The notes under the pieces were generated by a model, which saw only the letters and a program-made list of their open reading frames with translations, was not told the origin of the DNA and ran no database searches. The translations under genes were made by a program, and so were the position numbers. This document shows positions 19,755 through 33,566 of a stretch of 64,000 nucleotides of DNA, piece after piece; position 1 is the first letter of the stretch, and each line of letters begins with the position of its first letter. The DNA is taken from assembly GCF_009914755.1 (NCBI RefSeq), contig NC_060934.1; one strand, written 5' to 3'. Origin of the DNA: the human T2T-CHM13v2.0 reference genome, Homo sapiens.

Positions 19755-19947
19755 AGATTTCTAAAACACCTAAAAATAGAACTACCATACGATCCAGCAA
19801 TCCCACTACTGGGAATTTATCCAAAGTGGAAAAAAATCAAAGGGATACATGGCACTCCCAGGTTTACTGCAGCACTAGTCACAGTAGCAAAGACATGGAA
19901 CCAGTCTAAGTGTTCATTAACAGATGATTGGATAAAGGAAATGTGAT

Positions 19948-19948
19948 A

Positions 19949-19983
<35 letters not shown>
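19948..19983. repeat. (CA)n microsatellite
   Basis: Direct reading. Confidence 0.9.
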
Positions 19984-20327
19984 CATGGAATACTATTTGT
20001 CCATAAAAAAGCATGAAATCATGTCATTTGCAGCAACATGATGAAACTGAAGTTCATTGTGTTAAGTAAAATAAGCCAGGCACAAAAAGACAAACATCAC
20101 ATGTTCTTATATGTGGAAATTTAAAAAGTTAATCATATGAAGGGGACAGTGCAAATGCACAATTAGAAAACATAAGGTCTAATGTTTGATAGCAGGGTAG
20201 GGAGACTATAGTTGTTAACTATAGTTAACAATTATGCATTGTTTTTCAATAGCTAGAGGACTTCAGATGTACCCAACATATAGAAATAATAAGTACTCAA
20301 GTGACTAATACCCTAAGTATACCAACA

Positions 20328-21157
20328 TGATCATTACACAGGCACATATACTCATAGTATCCCCACTTGATCATTACACAGGCGCATATACTCATAGTAT
20401 CCCCACTTGATCATTACACAGGCGCATATACTCATAGTATCTCCACTTGATCATTACACGTGTGCATATACTCATAGTATCCCCACTTGATCATTACACA
20501 GGCGCATATACTCATAGTATCTCCACTTGATCATTACACGTGTGCATATACTCATAGTATCCCCACTTGATCATTACACAGGCGCATATACTCATAGTAT
20601 CCCCATTTGATCATTACACAGGCGCATATACTCATAGTATCCCCACTTGATCATTACACGTGTGCATATACTCATAGTATCCCCACTTGATCATTACACA
20701 GGCGCATATACTCATAGTATCCCCACTTGATCATTACACAGGCGCATATACTCATAGTATCCCCACTTGATCATTACATGTGTGCATATACTCATAGTAT
20801 CCCCACTTGATCATTACACAGGCACATATACTCATAGTATCCCCACTTGATCATTACACAGGCGCATATACTCATAGTATCCCCACTTGATCATTACATG
20901 TGTGCATATACTCATAGTATCCCCACTTGATCATTACACAGGCGCATATACTCATAGTATCTCCACTTGATCATTACACATGTGCATATACTCATAGTAT
21001 CCCCACTTGATCATTACACGTGTGCATATACTCATAGTATCCCCACTTGATCATTACATGTGCGCATATACTCATAGTATCCCCACTTGATCATTACACG
21101 TGCACATATATTCATAGTATCCCGACTTAATCATTACACAGGCACATATACTCATAG
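20328..21157. repeat. 40-bp VNTR, ~21 copies, inside the L1MA 3'UTR
   Basis: Unit TTGATCATTACACAGGCGCATATACTCATAGTATCCCCAC, with CGTGTG/TGTGTG variants. Confidence 0.95.
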
Positions 21158-21469
21158 GGACCCCTCCAGAAAGTTCTATGAGTGTAACAAAATTTTACAT
21201 GTACCCCATAAATAGGTACAAATAGAATATATCAAAAAGAATTTTAAAAATTAAAAAGCCAGTGTATGTATATATACACATTCACACTCATACACATATA
21301 CTCACAGGGACTCTACCAGAAAGATATACACCAAAAGGTTATTTTTTGTGTGTGTGTTGTATGTGATTTTTATTTTCCTTTTTTATGTCTATATGTGATT
21401 TCTACATGTTCTAAAATGAACACATATTTTCATAATTAAGAAAAAGATCATCATTAAACATAAAACCAA

Positions 21470-22790
21470 GGCTTCTACTTCTAGCTAAAACAGCTAGAAA
21501 ATTAGATAACATGTATTTAACAATCTATCTGCAAAATAACCCCAGTACATAACACTGTTTACAGGCACTGAACAGCAGACGGTGCAGGACTGTGATCCCT
21601 AGGAAGTGGGGAACAGTGGAGATGTCAGTCCTCCAAGCAGCCTAGATTGGCTCCTGAAGTCAGACTGTGATCTTGGCAAAGGAAAGGAAAACAAGGCCAG
21701 GTGGCCTTGTTCATTGAGTAACCTGGCCTTGCTCATTGAATAAAGGAGGCAGAGTACTGGAGAGGAGAAAATCACTCAGGCAAAGAGCTCAGAAAGATCC
21801 ATAAGGGTTCTCCTGAGTCTTCAGCTGGAAACCATATGCTCATGACCAAGGCAAAACTCCTTAGTTTGCAAACAGCAAATTCCAGGGAAAGAAAAGGCAC
21901 TGGGGAGCTATAAGGGAAGCAACGTCCAGAGCTCACAGGTGAGGAATCATTTACATCCTCCATGGCTAGGAGGGAGAGACTGTGTTGAGTCCATTGGCCG
22001 TCAGTAAACTGCCTTAGTAGTGAGCCTAAACTAGTTCTATGGGAAAGACTAACTTAGACCTGCCTTAAAACAGCTTAAAAACAAGACTTGAAAAGATCAA
22101 GCAGGACTGAAAATAACTTCAATAGTTTTTAAAGAAATACAAGAAAATCTAGAGTCTGAAAATCTAAAATTCACATTGGCTGGCATCTAAAACAAAATTA
22201 CCAGACATGCAACAAAGCGAGAAGATGTGAAGCCAAATCAGTCAATAGAAACAGACCTAGAAGTGACAGAGATTACGGAGTTAGCACACAAAGACTTAAA
22301 ATAGTTATTATAGATGTGTTCAATATTCTCAAGAATATAATGAGGAGAGAAAAATGCAAGATATAAAAGATAGAAAAAGAACTAAATGAAAGTTCCAGAG
22401 ATGAAAATTACAATAGCTAAAACAAAAATTCTATTAAATGGTATTAACAGCTAATTAGACATTGATGAAGAAAAGATCAGTGAACTTAAAGGCACAGCAA
22501 AAGAATCTATCTGAAATAAAGCACAGAGAGAAAAACACTGAAAACCTGAGCAGAGGCCTCAAACACCCAAGGCTACATCACGTGGTCTAAATGTGTGTAA
22601 CTGGAAGCCTAGCTTGGGGATGGGGGTGAAGAGAAATTTAATGGTGCAATTTTCTAAATTAAAAAAAGCATATAAACCTAGAACCCAAAAACTCAATGAC
22701 CCCTCAGGGATAAATACAAAGAAAATCATACCAGGACATATTATAATGAAAATACTCAAAACTCATAATAAAAAACCAAAATCTTAAAAG
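21470..22790 (+). mobile_element. Ancient L1M 5'/ORF1 relic
   Basis: AAAATTACCAGACATGCAA...AATCAGTCAATAGAAACAGACC...GAAGAAAAGATCAGTGAACTT. Confidence 0.65.
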
Positions 22791-22799
22791 TAGCCAAAG

Positions 22800-24266
<1,467 letters not shown>

Positions 24267-24329
24267 AAGATGTAAATATAACATTTAAAACAGTAAAAAC
24301 CCTAGAATGTTAAATGTGCGTTGGAAATA

Positions 24330-25250
24330 TTAGCATACACATATCATCTTTTTCCCTAACTCTGGCCAGTGAACGGCCTGGAAGCAGCAAGAGGGCAGAG
24401 GCAGCCATCCCACACTCAGGCTCCGGTTGCTGGACACCAACCCCTCGGCAGAAGCCAGGGCTCAGAGGAGGTCAGAGGAGGATGGCCAGCCCAGGACAGG
24501 GGCAGCGGGGAGCTGGGGCTCAGAGGAGGATGGCTAGTCCAGGACTGGGGCGGGAGGAGCTGGGGCTCAGAGGAGGATGGCAGGTCCAGGACAGGGGCAG
24601 CGGGGAGCTGGGGCTCAGAGGAGGATGGCTAGTCCAGGACTGGGGCGGGAGGAGCTGGGGCTCAGAGGAGGATGGCAGGTCCAGGACAGGGGCAGCGGGG
24701 AGCCGGGGCTCAGAGGAGGATGGCAGGTCCAGGACAGGGGCAGGGGAGATGCAAGATAAGCCCAAGGACACCTTTGTGTCCTGGAAATCAAAGAAGCTGC
24801 AAAGGCCAGTTAGACTAAGAACAGAGGCACCTCTGGGAAGTGGGCTCCGCAGCCAGTGATGGGAAGGCTTAAGGTCAAAAGGAAGCATGACTGTATTGAC
24901 TGAGACATGATCTAACAAAACATGCGTTCACGCCATTAGTTTAAAAATAAAAAGCAAAACACAAAGAATAAGACAAAAAATCTTATTTGTTACCATTGGA
25001 GGTAAATTGGACACCAATTTATTATACTCAGAAAATTGGCAATGAAAAGGAAAAATGTTAAAACTTTCTTTCTGAACAATCCTAATTTAATATTAAGGGA
25101 ATATTCTTTTTAAAGAGGAATTCCAGATAATAAATAGAGAAAGACTGGAGAGCTAGAGCATCACGGGATTGTAACCCCCAGTGAAAGAACGGATCTGTGC
25201 AAACATCATCACTGAGTCACAAAATGAACGCCCGGACGGGAGCTGCAAGG
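24330..25250 (+). mobile_element. L1MC4-like 3' relic hosting the 47/48-bp VNTR
   Basis: AGAAGCCAGGGCTC...GGGGCAGGGGAGATGCAAGATAAGCCC...; GAGGAATTCCAGATAATAAAT. Confidence 0.55.
24472..24748. repeat. 47/48-bp G-rich VNTR, ~6 copies, two alternating variants
   Basis: GGGGCTCAGAGGAGGATGG[CTAG/CAGG]TCCAGGAC...GAGCT. Confidence 0.9.
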
Positions 25251-25875
25251 AGCCCTGTAAGAGAAGCCTGATGTCACTGATCAATGTTAGAGTCGCGGCT
25301 GAAGTTGGCCGATGTCTGTGCATCCTCATGTGAGAGGAGGTAAAGTATCCTGCACCGCCTGTGAAAGATTCCCTCTCCGCTACACTGCACCTTCACGGCT
25401 GCCGTTCAGCTTAGAGGAGACAGGGGCATGTAGAAGCCAGCCCAACAGCACCACGCAGCCCCCTGTGTTAGCTAGCTCTGGACACAGCCATGCTGCGTAA
25501 CAAATGACCCTGAAATTGATGATGGTCTGTCACACCCGCAGGAGTGAGGGGAGCCCCGTAGCTCTGTGGCTGTCTCGTTTTGAGCCAAGCTGTGCAGGGG
25601 CCACAGAGGAAAGCTCCAGGAGAAGGGGAGGCACCTCCACCCACCCTGGGTCAATGCAAGTCACCGTCCAACCAGCCGTGCTGGGGCAGGAAACGTCCTT
25701 CTCCTACAGAGCCTGAGGGCAGGGAGAGAATTATTTGCTAAAAAATATCCTACATACCTCATCCATAGATAAACCCAGAAGGTGGAACATTCCGCAGGAC
25801 AATTGACCCAGTTCCTTCAAGTCAAAGACAAGAAAAAAAACTGTGGAACAGAGAGACAGCTCCCGAGACTTCAGA

Positions 25876-26207
25876 ATCATGTCCTTTACAGGGACATGGA
25901 TGAAGCTGGACACCATTATCCTCAGCCAACTAACGCAGGAACAGAAAACCAAACACCACACGTCCTCACTTATAAGTGGGAGCTGTACAACGAGAACACG
26001 TGGACACAGGGAGGGGAACACCACACACCGGGGCCGATGGGAGGGGTGGGGTGGGGGGAGGGAGAGCATCAGAATCAATAGCTAATCCATGTGGGGCCTA
26101 ATACCCAGGTAATGGCTGATGGGTGCAGCAAACCCCCATGGCACAAGTTTACCTACGTAACAAACCTGCACGTCCTGCACAAGGATCCCGGGACTTAATA
26201 AAACTAA
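25876..26207 (+). mobile_element. 5'-truncated L1PA13-16-type 3' end
   Basis: ATCATGTCCTTTACAGGGACATGGATG...AACAAACCTGCACGTCCTGCAC; TSD AGACTTCAGA at 25866-25875 and 26208-26217. Confidence 0.85.
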
Positions 26208-26956
26208 AGACTTCAGAGACAACACCAGACCACACGGCTCTTCATGGGGTCTTGATGGGAACTTGCAAACACACAAATTTCCCCAGTTCTGAAGCAACTT
26301 GGGAAATTCCTCTGTGGACTGTGCTTTCCCTCATGCCAAAGACCAATCAAACCTTTACCTCTGACGGTTTTCAAAATAATGATGAAGGCGTCATTTGCAA
26401 TGTGCGTTTAAAACAGCCGCCTGGCCGGGCTTGGCAGCTATGGAAGCTGCAAAGGGAAGGTGCCTGGGAGGTGGGGAAATGGAGGAGGGGCTGCCCCGGG
26501 ACCCCAGCCAGCTTCCTGCCCCTCCCGGCGGCCGCTGCCCAGGGGCTGGGCTGCTTGCGAGGAGGGAGGTCACGGAGCCCCACGTTGCTCACCTGCTCAC
26601 TGCCTGCAGGCCGAGGCCACCATCAGACTCCACCTCTCTCCCTGTTGGGGCCACTTGGGGCAAGTGCGTTGGCTGGGGCTTGGCCTCCGCCACGCCTCCA
26701 GAGCAGGGCTTCCCTGGCCCACCTGTGCGCAGATGGGTTCCAGGTGAGGACGGCCAGAGTGTGGAAATGGCCCTGAGGCCCCACAGGTGTGACTGGGAGA
26801 GAAGCGGACAGCCAGGCCTGGTGGGGCCTTGGGGGTAGTAGACGCTGGGACCAGCTCACTGCACAGATTGGGGCTGAAAAGAGGGGCTGGGTCGACGCCA
26901 GGCTGTCAGCGTAAAACACATCAGATTTCCGAGACTTGGCGGCAACACCCCCCAAC

Positions 26957-27100
26957 AAAATACCTCATTAATGATTTGTATACTGGTTACATGTTGAAAT
27001 AATACTACGGATATAGTGGTTTAAAATATTTTATCAGAATTTTATCTGCTTCTTTTACTTCTTAACCATGGCTACGAGGAATCTAAAATTACATGGGTGT
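26957..27100 (+). mobile_element. MER3/MER33 (hAT-Charlie) fragment
   Basis: AAAATACCTCATTAATGATTT...TTACATGTTGAAAT...TAAAATTACAT. Confidence 0.55.
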
Positions 27101-27352
27101 CTTCTTCTTCTGTTTGTCCCGGGTGCTGGTGGCCGGCTGGGAGGACGAGATGGAGCAGACCCACCGTGGATTTCAGGCGGGGGTCACTGGGCCCCCTGCT
27201 CCTTGCCATTCATGGAACGGTGACTCAGCAGGTGGGGCGAGGTGAGGACACCCCTCAAATTAGTGTAGGCACTCAAGGTGGGACCATCCTGCTGAGGGTG
27301 ACGCAGTCTCTGAAAAGATCCTAACAAGGTGGAAAGACTGACTCTGCCAAGA

Positions 27353-27658
<306 letters not shown>

Positions 27659-28073
27659 GAGATTTCATTTTATTGATAAATGTAAGTTTTTGCACTGAAC
27701 TAACCCCAGACTTCACTAACGTGGGTAGGAAGACATGGCTCCTAGGTGTAGACGCAACCCCCAGGGCTCTTGGACGGAGATCACGTGGAATCCAGAGTCC
27801 AGTGACTTTGGCAGTAACTGAAATGGGATATTTAATATTCACGCATTTATTTCACAAATGATCCCAGTGTGCCTGTGTGTGCCTGGGCCCCGGCAGCGGC
27901 CAGCCTTGCCCTGGAACACAAATGACTCACAGAGAGGGACGGGTCACGCGGAGAATAAGCCAGGAGCTGATGCGGGAGGAGACGGGTCAGAGGTGCTTTC
28001 CCTGGCAGGAAGAGCCAGGCCCCCCAGAACTCCTAGAGCGCCCTGAGATCTTCGGGTTCTGATGGTGGCAGGT

Positions 28074-28170
28074 TCTGCTGGGGCGGGTGGTGGGCCCTGC
28101 TAGGGAGGGTGACGGGCCCTGCTGGGGAGGGTGGCGGGCCCTGCTGGGGAGGGCGGCAGGCCCTGCGGGA
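28074..28170. repeat. ~22-bp G-rich tandem repeat, ~4 copies
   Basis: GGGCCCTGCTGGGGAGGGTGGC-like units. Confidence 0.75.
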
Positions 28171-28484
28171 GCATGTGAGCAGGGACATGATGGGGTCGCG
28201 CATTTTGCAGGGAAACCAGCCTCTGGCTGCTGCAGGGGTGCAGGAGGCGAGAGGGTAGGGGCTGGGCCAGGCGGGTGGCGGTGTGTTGAGAAGCTGGGTA
28301 CACGTGCTCCAGACGATGGCCGTGTCCCCGTGCCCCCGAGGCAGGAGGGCCTGTCTGATGTCGAGGTGGCTGCAAGGTGTGCCCCAGTGATTCGGGGACA
28401 TTCTTGGATGGACAAAGGTTGGCTGCAGCCCTGAGTTTCAGAAAACTGCTTTTTCCTCCAACTCCAGTTATTCATTTTAGAAGG

Positions 28485-28568
28485 TAGAGCTGGGACTGCC
28501 GGGCAGCGTCAGCATTGAAAATACCATAGAGCTGGGACTGCCAGGCAGCGTCAGCATTGAAAATACCA
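28485..28568. repeat. 42-bp tandem duplication
   Basis: TAGAGCTGGGACTGCC[G/A]GGCAGCGTCAGCATTGAAAATACCA twice. Confidence 0.9.
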
Positions 28569-30377
28569 GGTATTAAAGATGGAGTTTTAAAAACGAGCGA
28601 ATGGAGGTGCACCCCGGAAATGCAAGCATAGATATCACCCTCAGCAGGCAGGGGGTCACTTTCCCTGAACAGGGGCAGAGGCCCATGCTGAGGAAGGAGG
28701 GCCGGTGGCGAGGCCCAGCCCTGCGCAGGGCCAGGCTCCACACTTCCCCTGCCAGCGAATCCCTCCAGAGCTCACCCAAGTCCAGGTTCGTCTCTGGGGG
28801 CTCGTGGTGGGGCTGAGATGCTGGAGGTGTCCTGAGAAACGAGGCTGGAGGCTGCAGTCAAGGTTTGCTAAAGAGCGAAGGGGCAGGAAGTTTTGCATAA
28901 TCTCGATGATTATTTTTTCCCCTCAAGATGCTTTTGTGTCCTGGGGCAAACCCTGGGCACTGGCCCTAAGTCTGGCCCTGACTGGAGGTTGGGAGTAGAG
29001 TTTGTTAACACTGAAGCTCTTTCCGAAACGTTTGCCCAAGGCCCCAAACAGAAACTTTGCCGCCGCTTGGGCAGGTGCAGCCACACCTGGAGACGGGCCA
29101 TGGCGCTGTGTCAGGGTTAGGGTCACCGCGCTCGGGGCCGTCAGCATGCACGCCATCACGCTGCTCTCTGTCCTAACCACTGGCCTCCCCAGATCCCCGA
29201 GACTAACCCGTGGACAGGGACTATGCTCCCTGTGTCTTTAAAGATAACAGTGAGACATGGGTGTCATAGTAAGCTATTTAGTCTCTTGAACTTGCTCATT
29301 TCAGTTCACAAAAGAACCAACAGAAACGGAGACATCACCTTCACACGGGAGAAGTGCGCTGAGCACTTCCTCTGAGCCAAGGATGAAGGTCCAAGCACTC
29401 ACACCCTCGCCATCCCCCGACGGGCAGGGTTTGCTGCCACAGCCTCAGTGACCCACTCAGGAACTGATGGAAGCGGTCAGCTGTGCCGGCCACACCTACA
29501 CCCCAGAACCCCCCAGTACCGCCTGCGAGAGGAGACGTTTTCTACAGTGGCCTGGGTCCCATTCTTTCTGAAGTCTCTCCCTCTCCAGCTCTGGACTGCA
29601 TCGTCGCCCACAGAGGGGATGCTTCTTATCCGGTGGGAGGCGAGGAGGTCCAAGGGTCCTTCGTCAGGAGCCTGTGGCCAGCTTTCCACGCATCTGTGAT
29701 GCCCGGCCTCAGCCCCTGTGTCCAGCGTGAGGGCTGGTGGCTGTGGAGACGGATCGCACGCTGGGTTTAGAGGCGCCAGCCGCTGGCAGCGCCGGTGCCA
29801 CAAGCCCTCCTGAGATATTGTTGGAAGAGAGCCTTGGTGTGCCTGCCTGGCACAGAGAAGCCTCCTGAGAAATGTCAGATGAGTCATGAGTCTCAGAGGG
29901 GGCGGGCAGCCAGGGAGGAAGCAAGGAGCGAAACCAGGAGGGAGCCCGCAGGAAGCTGGGGGCCGGGCAGGCACCGGGGTCAGTGCAGCGAGGGTCAGGG
30001 GTTGCTGGGTGCGGGCAGTGGGTGCAGATGCCGCCGGCACAGACGCCCTGTGAGTGCCTGGGCCCAACCCAGGCCTCCACATCCAGGTCTAAAGGGGTGG
30101 CCCTGGCCTCGGTTCCCCTCTGGCCTCAGGTAATCATTCTCCGTCAGATCAGAGGCCCTTCTGGTCACCTGGTGGACGGCCTGGGTCTCTAATGCCACAA
30201 GGTGGATCTGTTCTTAGCCCTCGACACCTGTGCATTCGGCTGAGCCCTGACCCTGGCAGCCCGGCGGGAGGCCCTGCATGGCCAGACGAGGTCCCTGAAG
30301 TCCACCAGGCAAGGCCAGCCCAAGACGGGAGGCAGGAGCAGAAGGTGCTTCCGTCAAGCTCTCACCACAAGTCGTAC

Positions 30378-30451
30378 TTTCGTTCGTTCTTTCCTTCCTT
30401 CCTTCCTTCCTTCCTTCCTTCCTTCCTTCCTTCCTTCCTTCCTTCCTTCCT

Positions 30452-30493
<42 letters not shown>
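30378..30493. repeat. Compound (TTCC)n(TTTC)n STR grown from an Alu tail
   Basis: Direct reading; abuts the poly(T) of the minus-strand Alu. Confidence 0.9.
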
Positions 30494-30495
<2 letters not shown>

Positions 30496-30776
30496 TTTTT
30501 TTTGAGACAGAGTCTTGCTCTGTTGCCCAGGCTGGAGTGCAGTGGTGCTCAGCTCACTGCAACCTCTGCCTCCCAGGTTCAAGCAATTCTCCTGCCTCAG
30601 CCTCCCAAGTAGCTGGGATTACAGACATGGGCCACCACGCCCGGCTAATTTTTGTATTTTTAGTAGAGACAGAGTTTCACCATGTTGGTCAGGCTGGTCT
30701 CAAACTCCCGACCTCAGGTGATCCACCCGCCTCGGCCTCCCAAAGCGTGGGGATTACAGGCATGAGCCACCGTGCC
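30494..30776 (-). mobile_element. AluSx-like
   Basis: Reverse-strand dimer. Confidence 0.9.
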
Positions 30777-31468
30777 CCTCCCATGAGCGGCACTTTCTAG
30801 GCTCAGCCCTGTTTTTGGTTTTCTCCTCCTCACAGCTTGTCGATTCTAAAAGCACCATCATACTTTGCTTCTCAGGGCATGGCCCTGGGCCCCGTCCAGA
30901 TGCCCTGGGCGGCTTCGCCTGTGGAGCTGGCTTTCTGGAAGGGGCCCAGGAACCTGCATTTCAACAAGTTCTCCAGGGGATTTTAGTTCGAGGTCACCCC
31001 TGGCCTGGATTTGGCTTTTCTGCCCCCGATTTGATTCCGAGGCAGGAGCGGTCAGTTCAGGACACCGGCACGAGCTGTCACCAGGCGTCCTGAAGCCCAA
31101 GAGGCCCATCTGACTCTCTGAGAAATCAAAGCAAACTCACTCGGCCAAGCCTCCCGCAGATCTTCCCTAGGCAAGGCCCATGGCAGCCCCGGCCCGGGAG
31201 GCATCACACAGCTCCTGGATTATTTATAAGTCAGGTCCAGTCCAGCCAATCTAAGCCATCTACGCCCCTTGCGAGGCCTGGCCGGCAGCCAGGGATGCAC
31301 TCAGAGACCCGCTGTCCCCTACCTGCCGCTGCAGAGGACGTGGGAGGTCAGGAAAACCATGCCCGTTTTAGAAAGGTGATTTTCAGGCTGTGCCCACTGC
31401 GTGCTCTGCAGAACCGGAACGCCCAGCATTCCCGTGTGTGCAAATCTGTGACACAGAAACGTGTCAGT

Positions 31469-32206
31469 GGGAAACCCCAACCCCAGGTGCCTCCTTCCCC
31501 AGCGTGTGCTGTGACACCAAGGAAACCCCAACCCCACAGGCCTCCTTCCCCAGCGTGTGCTGTGATCCCAAGGAAACCCCGACCCTACAGGCCTCCCCCG
31601 GCGTGGGCTGTGACCCCAAGGAAACCCCGACCCCACAGGCCTCCCCCCGGCGTGGGCTGTGACCCCAAGGAAACCCCGACCCCACAGGCCTCCCCTGGCG
31701 TGGGCTGTGATCCCAAGGAAACCCCGACCCCACAGGCCTCCCCCCGGCGTGGGCTGTGACCCCAAGGAAACCCCGACCCCACAGGCCTCCTTCCCCGGCG
31801 TGGGCTGTGACACCAAGGAAACCCCGACCCCACAGGCCTCCCCCCGGCGTGGGCTGTGACACCAAGGAAACCCCGACCCCACAGGCCTCCCCCCGGCGTG
31901 GGCTGTGACACCAAGGAAACCCCGACCCCACAGGCCTCCCCCCGGCGTGGGCTGTGACACCAAGGAAACCCCGACCCCACAGGCCTCCCCCCGGCGTGGC
32001 CTGTGACACCAAGGAAACCCCGACCCCACAGGCCTCCCCCCGGCGTGGGCTGTGACACCAAGGAAACCCCGACCCCACAGGCCTCCCCCCGGCGTGGGCT
32101 GTGACACCAAGGAAACCCCGACCCCACAGGCCTCCCCCCGGCGTGGGCTGTGACACCAAGGAAACCCCGACCCCACAGGCCTCCCCCTGGCGTGGGCTCT
32201 GATACC
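31469..32206. repeat. 49-bp C-rich VNTR, ~15 copies
   Basis: Unit GTGACACCAAGGAAACCCCGACCCCACAGGCCTCCCCCCGGCGTGGGCT; first copies are diverged 51-mers. Confidence 0.95.
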
Positions 32207-32379
32207 AATCCCTGCAGTCGCCGGCATTTTCCAAGTCGACGTGAGGTTGATGGTGGTGTGGGGTGTTTTCAGCCACATCCCCTTCTTGTTGCCAGGATGG
32301 GAAGAAAAGCCAAGGGCCTGCCCTGGGGCTGTGCAGGTGACTGGAAGGTGCCAACCAAACATCCCATCCGCAGTGGGGC

Positions 32380-32698
32380 TCCTTAGCAGTAGAAAACCAC
32401 TCCTGCCCCCACCAAGCAGGAGCAGGTAGATAAACACCACGGATTCCTCCTGTGGGGATCATCGCATCCCCGGGAGGCCCCACAGGCCCAGCATGAGCTG
32501 CCCACAAGGTCAAACTGCTGGGCAAGGTGCCTTCCCCAGTCCGCTTCCTGGGGCCACCTCCCAGATAAACCACCTGCTCTCAGATGCCACCCTCAGCTCC
32601 TCCTGTGGGGAGCCTCACTTCCTCGGGCCACCTCCCAAATAAACCACTTGTTCTCAGATGCCACCCTCAGCTCCTCCTGTGGGAGCCTCAACCTCAGC
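32380..32698 (+). mobile_element. LTR16-like (ERVL) relic with duplicated 3' end (74 bp twice)
   Basis: GCTTCCTGGGGCCACCTCCCA[G/A]ATAAACCAC resembles the LTR16 poly(A)-signal region; copies at 32544-32617 and 32618-32690. Confidence 0.5.
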
Positions 32699-33566
32699 CC
32701 CGCAGCACACGGGCTTCCAGGTGAGTGACTTCAAGTCCTCCCTGACTCCCTGACTCCCCAGACTGCAGGAACCAGGGCAGCTTTGGGAGCTGAAGAGTTT
32801 AGTCCGGATGGATCAGTGGGCGGGAGCCTCGCAGGAGGGAGAGTCTTCACATGAACTCGGCTCTCTCAGGAGACGCCTGGGTCCAGCCTGGAGGAAACAA
32901 TGTTGGTAGCCGAGAAGCCCAAGCCTGTTTTGTGCTGGGGCCAAGGACCTTGGCCTGGCAGTTTGGTGGAAGGCACGGCCCCGTGAGCAGCACCAGTCTC
33001 CAGAGGCCGCCCTGCCCGCGAGTGAGGGGCAGGTGAGAGCGCCGGCTTCACAGCTGGGGGGAGGGGGCTCGGCTGGCGCTGGCCCAGCGAGTTCTCTAGC
33101 CCTTGGCTACTGGGGCGGCTCCTACCTGGGGAGAGGTGAGTGGGTCCTACTCTGGGGAAGCAGCGACCGCTCCATCCACAGTCAGAGACCCCGAGTGAGG
33201 ACAGCCTGACCTGGCATCAGGTGCCTGAGTTGCTGTCAAAGGACCTTCGGTGCAGGGCAGGAGAGTGAGTCATTCCTTCCCACTCCCTGAGGCCGAGCAT
33301 AACACAAGTCCTCCATTAACCACTGACGAGTGCTGGAAAATGCATTTCAGAAGCTCCCTGAGGCTCAGTCTGATACTGAGCGAGAATTTAGAGAAGGCCT
33401 CATTTCCAGCAGGCGGAACGTGGAGGGACGCAGCCTGTGTGGTGAGACCAAGGCCTCCCACACAGGCCTGTGGGCAAACAGCCCTACAACAGGACAGGAT
33501 CCTCAACTAGGGCCCCAGCCCATGGGTGGCTCCACAGGGAACAGGGCGCAGGTGTACAATAGAGAG

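Noticed and set aside
29111-29125. TCAGGGTTAGGGTCA telomere-variant motif
   Set aside because: Only two units; not an interstitial telomeric array.
31319-32573. 373 aa and 369 aa minus-strand ORFs
   Set aside because: Read-through of the 49-bp VNTR; several frames are open at once.
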